A DNA stretch of 64,000 bases from Opitutia bacterium (GTDB taxonomy: Bacteria > Verrucomicrobiota > Verrucomicrobiia > Opitutales > T3Sed10-336), in contig JBJHCF010000007.1 in NCBI GenBank assembly GCA_050506795.1, positions 75,928-139,927 of the forward strand, in the 5' to 3' direction. Positions 59,802-64,000 of the stretch are shown one piece after another; positions within the stretch are counted from its first letter, which is position 1, and each line of letters starts with the position of its first letter. The position numbers were made by a program, and so were the translations under genes. Below the pieces are notes generated by a model. That model made no database searches, had not been told where the DNA came from, and worked only from the letters and a program-made list of their open reading frames with translations.

Positions 59802-61184
59802 ATGCATCGCTTGGCGCTATCACTCATTTTGGCGATCCTCCCACTGTCCGCGAGTTTGCAGGGCAACGAGCGGGAGGACGATGCGTTGCCGCAGGAACGC
59901 GCCGCCATCCTGGAGGAACTTCGTGAGCGGTTCGAAGAGACGGGTTCCTTCCGAGCGCTATACGCCGGTCGCGGAAGGTCCGATGAGCGGGAAGCCGAAA
60001 TCCTTTATGATGCGCACACCGGGCGAATTGTGGTCCAATCGGATAATACGGGGGACAGTGATGACCAATTCCTGATCGTGTCTCATGTTTTCCATGACGA
60101 GGGGGTCGAAACGTACATCATGAGAGTTATCGATGGCCGGGCCGGCAGCGAACTCCGTATTCCGATCCCCGAACTGCACAACGCCCTGGTCAATCCACTT
60201 CATGCGGTCGCCGCGACGTTGCCCTTTCTTTTCGTCGAGGACGCCATGACGGAAACGTCCGCCCTGCCTCACCTTCACAGGGGATTGGCTCTTGAAGCGG
60301 CGGAGGACCACTTGACCCTCTCCATCAATTTCGGAATTCGGAGTTCACCCTCGGAGCGATTCGAAGCGTCATGGCTCGACGACGACCTCTTCCTCGAAGC
60401 TTCGGACGTGGACGCAACCGATACGGCGATCGTGCTGGCCTTCAAAAGCGGACGCGAAATCAGGATCGACCGGGCAACCGGCCTCCTCATCTCGGATGTC
60501 TTTCCCGATCCGAATGATCGCTCCGAGGTCGGCACGTTCATTAGACTGAATGAATCGACCACCCTGGGGAACCGACCCGTCCCGGAAGAATGGGATCCCG
60601 ATTTGAGCGAAGTGACTTTTGAGGCGATCGACACGCGGGCCATATTGGATCAATTCGAAGAGGAGTTTAGGATCGAGATCTTTCGCCAGGTCACGGATTT
60701 TTTCCTGGCCCACCTCGGATCGAGGCGTGAAATCCGGCGCCTCTTCGACGAGAGGGGCGAAGAGATTCGCGCGGCCGCGCGCGATGCGGGTTACCGATTC
60801 GGACACCGTCAGGGCCGTTCGGAAATCGCGGATTCCGTGATCGAGTCGATCGTCGAGTCGGCTTTGAGGCCGATGTACGATGCCTACCTCGCACAAGTAC
60901 CGGATGACGAACGGTTGAGTTTTGCCGAGTACCTGGATCACCTGATCGAGGCGACAACGGAGGATCCGGACCTCCTGGACCTTCCGGAGGTCAATAACAA
61001 GGTGCGGACGATGAGAAACCGCGACGAAGCCCTGCTCGCCGAAGCCCCGCTGGAAATCTGGGAATTCCTGGAAATCCTGCACGAGGAGGTCAGCCCCTAT
61101 TTCATCGACGGCCTCAGCCGCGGAGTGGTGCATCAAATCATCGAACGAGCGAAAGAAGCATACACCGCGGACCGGGAGCGGTGA
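59802..61184 (+). CDS. Acidic exported hypothetical protein
   Basis: Signal peptide MHRLALSLILAILPLSASLQG; long ORF. Confidence 0.75.
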   Translation: MHRLALSLILAILPLSASLQGNEREDDALPQERAAILEELRERFEETGSFRALYAGRGRSDEREAEILYDAHTGRIVVQSDNTGDSDDQFLIVSHVFHDEGVETYIMRVIDGRAGSELRIPIPELHNALVNPLHAVAATLPFLFVEDAMTETSALPHLHRGLALEAAEDHLTLSINFGIRSSPSERFEASWLDDDLFLEASDVDATDTAIVLAFKSGREIRIDRATGLLISDVFPDPNDRSEVGTFIRLNESTTLGNRPVPEEWDPDLSEVTFEAIDTRAILDQFEEEFRIEIFRQVTDFFLAHLGSRREIRRLFDERGEEIRAAARDAGYRFGHRQGRSEIADSVIESIVESALRPMYDAYLAQVPDDERLSFAEYLDHLIEATTEDPDLLDLPEVNNKVRTMRNRDEALLAEAPLEIWEFLEILHEEVSPYFIDGLSRGVVHQIIERAKEAYTADRER

Positions 61185-61281
61185 CGTGGTGGGTGTGCCT
61201 ACGGGAATGCAAATACGGTGTCGACGGTTCCCGCGCCAGGTTGCCGATCGATCACTCAGTTCGCCGTGATCACGGGTTTCC

Positions 61282-61376
61282 GTTCAAAGCCTCCGGGCAG
61301 GGAAGAACATCCCGGCATCTCGACCCTCCAATCAGCGACAATAAAACTATCAGCTGATAATTTAATTGTCGCACAT
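61282..61376. repeat. Direct repeat copy 1 with a 38-bp palindromic core (61335-61372)
   Basis: GCGACAATAAAACTATCAGCTGATAATTTAATTGTCGC; aligns with 63630-63724. Confidence 0.9.
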
Positions 61377-61585
61377 GGATCGAGCGGAAAGGGGGCGTCC
61401 GGTCACCAGGTTCGCGACCGACTGTCGTCCCCGGTCATGGTCGGGACATCCAATTGATGGGTCATGCTTCCGGGAGAGAACTCCAGGCGTCATTTGCCCG
61501 ATGCTCCGCCTCGTGATCAATCGCCGGTGTGAGCCGGCGCTGCCGGGTTGACGCCACCAGGGTACGCTCGCTAGGGTCCCGATTC

Positions 61586-62590
61586 ATGAAGGCATGGACA
61601 GAACTCGTTCGTTCCCGCACCGGCCTTTGTCTTTTTCCGGGATACTTTTCCTGGATTGCCTTGACGATGTCGACGGGCTGGCTCGTATCACCGTCGACCC
61701 TGCACGCAGCCGAAGGAACGTATCCGAGGTATAATGACATCGGATCGTCCGACGCTTCGGCGACACCGCCGTACGACATCGAACTCCCGCCCGAAGGCGC
61801 GGGCGAACGGCCATGGTCCCTCTACGTCGGGACCGATGTGGTGTCGATGTACGTCTCGCGGGGCTTGATCTACTCCGACCGCGTTTCCCTGCAACCCTGG
61901 CTCGAATTGGACGTTCCGATAATGCAATCCGGGCCGGGAATCCTGGAGAATGTGACTTGGTTCGCCGGCAACTGGAATTCCATCCAGCCGGGAAGTGTCG
62001 CCAGGGGCGAAACCCGGACGGGCCGCGAAGAGCGCCTGCGCGATTGGTTCGAAGCGGATTTTTATTCCGGTTTTCGGTTTGGAGTGGCCGAAAACGTATC
62101 GGCGTCCCTCCGATTCAATTACTACACATCGCCGTCCGACGCTTTCGCGGACATCCATGAACTGGATGCCCGCGTCAGCTACAACGACGCCCACTGGTGG
62201 CCGGAGGCGGAGGGCTTCGCCCTGAACCCTTCGGTCCGCGTCACCAAAGCGACCCGGAACCGCGGAGGCCCGAACCCCTGGTACCTGGCGACCGGCCTCC
62301 GCCCGGGCGGACAACTCGCCGGACTGCCGGGAGGCATGAGCCTTCATGTGCCGCTCATCTTCGGCTTCGGCGCGGACGGCCAGTACCTGACGCCCGACAG
62401 AGAGCATCATTTTGGCTTTTTCCAGACCGGTGTGACGGTGACCGCGCCGTTGAATGTCCTGCCCGAGTCCGCCGGCACGCTTACCCTTTCCGGCGGTTTC
62501 GACATAATCGCCGTCCCGGACCGCGAGCTCAACCTGCGCGGCGACAGGACAACCGGCGTCGCCCGGGCCGGACTTACTTATAGTTATTGA
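61586..62590 (+). CDS. Outer-membrane beta-barrel protein (TorF-like putative porin)
   Basis: Signal peptide, S.YVSRG, LQP, E.DFY.G, amphipathic strands, C-terminal TYSY. Confidence 0.75.
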   Translation: MKAWTELVRSRTGLCLFPGYFSWIALTMSTGWLVSPSTLHAAEGTYPRYNDIGSSDASATPPYDIELPPEGAGERPWSLYVGTDVVSMYVSRGLIYSDRVSLQPWLELDVPIMQSGPGILENVTWFAGNWNSIQPGSVARGETRTGREERLRDWFEADFYSGFRFGVAENVSASLRFNYYTSPSDAFADIHELDARVSYNDAHWWPEAEGFALNPSVRVTKATRNRGGPNPWYLATGLRPGGQLAGLPGGMSLHVPLIFGFGADGQYLTPDREHHFGFFQTGVTVTAPLNVLPESAGTLTLSGGFDIIAVPDRELNLRGDRTTGVARAGLTYSY

Positions 62591-63203
62591 ACGTGTCGTA
62601 TTGAATAATCCGAATGGCACTCGGTTAAGGTCGTTGACCCAAGCAACTTAGACTTAACCGGATCGCATCGGCTATTCCGAATCTTCGCTATTTGAGGTGG
62701 GCTCCGAATCAGTGATTTCTGGGAACTGGCACCCCCGAAAATGTCTGAAGCACGGACCTACGTGGCGGAATTCGTAGCGCCCTGCTTAAGCGGGCGTCTG
62801 TGCGGTGTGCGGACGGCGGATCCCGTCACGGAACCTCCGGCTGACGCCCCGGACCTATGCAAAAACGGCCATGATCCATTAGTGCCATGCTGCAGACAGC
62901 CCACGAAACCCACAGCAAACAGCGATGCGCCGCTATTCCCCTGATCGGATGGGGCCATGCTCCCGCATGGCCGGGGTCGTCCCGGACAGAAGTGGTGACC
63001 GGTTCCTTTCGCAACGGCTGCCATCGGGGCCACACCTTACGGCGGCGGCGCGGGAGCGCCGCCCTCCAGGAAGCCGACGCGATCTTGATCTCGATTCGGT
63101 TTCTCAGACGATCAATTGCTTAACAAAGTGCCCTTCGGTCTAGGAGTGAACGTTGACGACTCTCATGTGGCCATTACAAAATCCAATGATCATGGTTTCA
63201 CCG

Positions 63204-63630
63204 ATGGACAATTCATCAGATAGCGAACTCCTCGCTGCCATCAACCGCATGCTGGCTGAGGAAACGGCTCGCAGCAATGCGGCCCCGGACCCGCAAATGG
63301 GCGGACTTTCGCCGGACCAGGTCACGCGTCTTATCTACTCGAACTGGGACGAACCGGGGTCGCGGTTCAGTTGAATCACAACCTTTCGCTCGAACAGAGG
63401 GAAAGCTCCCCGTTTTTCCGAGGGGCTCGCGCCTTTCTCCTTGCCTTGGCCGAAAAAGAAAGCGTGCCCCTCACCAGCGCCGGAAATCTCCCTCGCGCTT
63501 TTGTCGGGGAAATGATCGAATCGTTCCTGGACCCAAAGGAGCAAGAACGGCTAGCAGCGTGGCGAAGCCTGAGACCGAAACGTGGCATCCCGCCTTGCGG
63601 GATGATCGAGCAAGAAGGCTCGATGTTGAG
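63204..63630 (+). pseudogene. Frameshifted, 3'-truncated hypothetical gene
   Basis: GGLSPDQVTRLIY continues as LNHNLSLEQ...PLTSAGNLPRAFV after an apparent 1-nt loss near 63362; protein-like sequence fades before the repeat. Confidence 0.55.
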
Positions 63631-63724
63631 TTCGACGCCTTTGGGCACGCACGAACATCCCGGCATTTCGATCCACCAACTCGCGACAATAAAACTATCA
63701 GCTGATAATTTTATTGTCGCACAT
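63630..63724. repeat. Direct repeat copy 2 with a 38-bp palindromic core (63683-63720)
   Basis: GCGACAATAAAACTATCAGCTGATAATTTTATTGTCGC; core 37/38 identical to copy 1. Confidence 0.9.
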
Positions 63725-63726
63725 AG

Positions 63727-63754
63727 GAGCCTGTCGGGCTTCTCCGACAGGCTC
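63727..63754. repeat. 11-bp inverted repeat, possible collapsed IS5-type ends
   Basis: GAGCCTGTCGG-N6-CCGACAGGCTC preceded by TAG. Confidence 0.5.
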
Positions 63755-63873
63755 TCGAGATTGGTTTTACAAGAAAATCGATCTAGTCGTTTGTCTGGAA
63801 TCCCGGAAAGAATCTCATTTTTATGCTGGACCAGGCTCTAGTATATACGCTAGGCAATACCAAAACCATCAAC

Positions 63874-64000
63874 TGTCAGTCAGCGGTTAAAATGTACCAG
63901 TAATCCGCGAATGAAAATGTACCACCTTGAGTCGGGGTTTGGCCATAAAATCGGCCATGGCCAATCGACTCAAGATGGAAAAGATAGAAGCAATCAAGGC
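63874..64000 (+). mobile_element. Left end of an IS21-family element (runs off the window)
   Basis: Starts TGTC; tandem AAAATGTACCA at 63889 and 63914; followed by an ORF start. Confidence 0.75.
63957..64000 (+). CDS. istA: IS21 transposase IstA N-terminus (partial)
   Basis: MANRLKMEKIEAIK directly after the IS21-like end; only 14 codons visible. Confidence 0.6.
   Translation, partial: MANRLKMEKIEAIK

Noticed and set aside
62622..62660. Bulged hairpin CGGTTAAG...CTTAACCG resembling attC
   Set aside because: The order is GTT first and AAC last, the reverse of attC (RYYYAAC...GTTRRRY), and no integrase is present.
62700..63130. Short ORFs or ncRNA in this spacer
   Set aside because: No protein motif or RNA family signature could be supported.
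61335..63720. Repeat pair as a CRISPR array or XerCD dif sites
   Set aside because: There are only two copies 2.3 kb apart, no cas genes, and no match to the dif arm and spacer layout.

Overview
GC-rich bacterial chromosome segment. Gene content suggests Verrucomicrobiota, probably Opitutia; this is inferred, not database-checked. About 1-47.9 kb is mostly core genes: trhO, a GGQ peptidyl-tRNA hydrolase, cmk-plsC, trkAH, nifJ plus a DHOD-like gene, a TPR/ExbB cluster, yraN-zwf-opcA-smc, pyrRBC, two hsp20 genes, glyQS, a parA-like cluster, tsaB, tig-clpP-clpX, rpsO-pnp, tRNA-Gly(CCC) and tRNA-Ala(CGC). About 47.9-64 kb is accessory: a fused EtfB-EtfA plus an ETF-QO/FixCX-like gene, an orphan hydrogenase maturation protease, a GntR-ABC exporter, DUF1080, a VapBC module, two pseudogenes, an outer-membrane barrel and the left end of an IS21 element. 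Main observations: (1) a GxxExxY nuclease gene bracketed by 30-bp inverted repeats built from 9-bp units, with gene-less hairpins of the same design elsewhere in the window, suggesting a REP/MITE-like system with an unusual mobilising nuclease; (2) a GIY-YIG gene bracketed by its own repeats and attached to the tRNA-Ala 3' end; (3) two directly repeated ~95-bp sites, each with a 38-bp palindromic core, 2.35 kb apart and flanking a cassette-like segment; (4) a two-gene, apparently electron-bifurcating FixABCX-like system; (5) several uncharacterised domain fusions.
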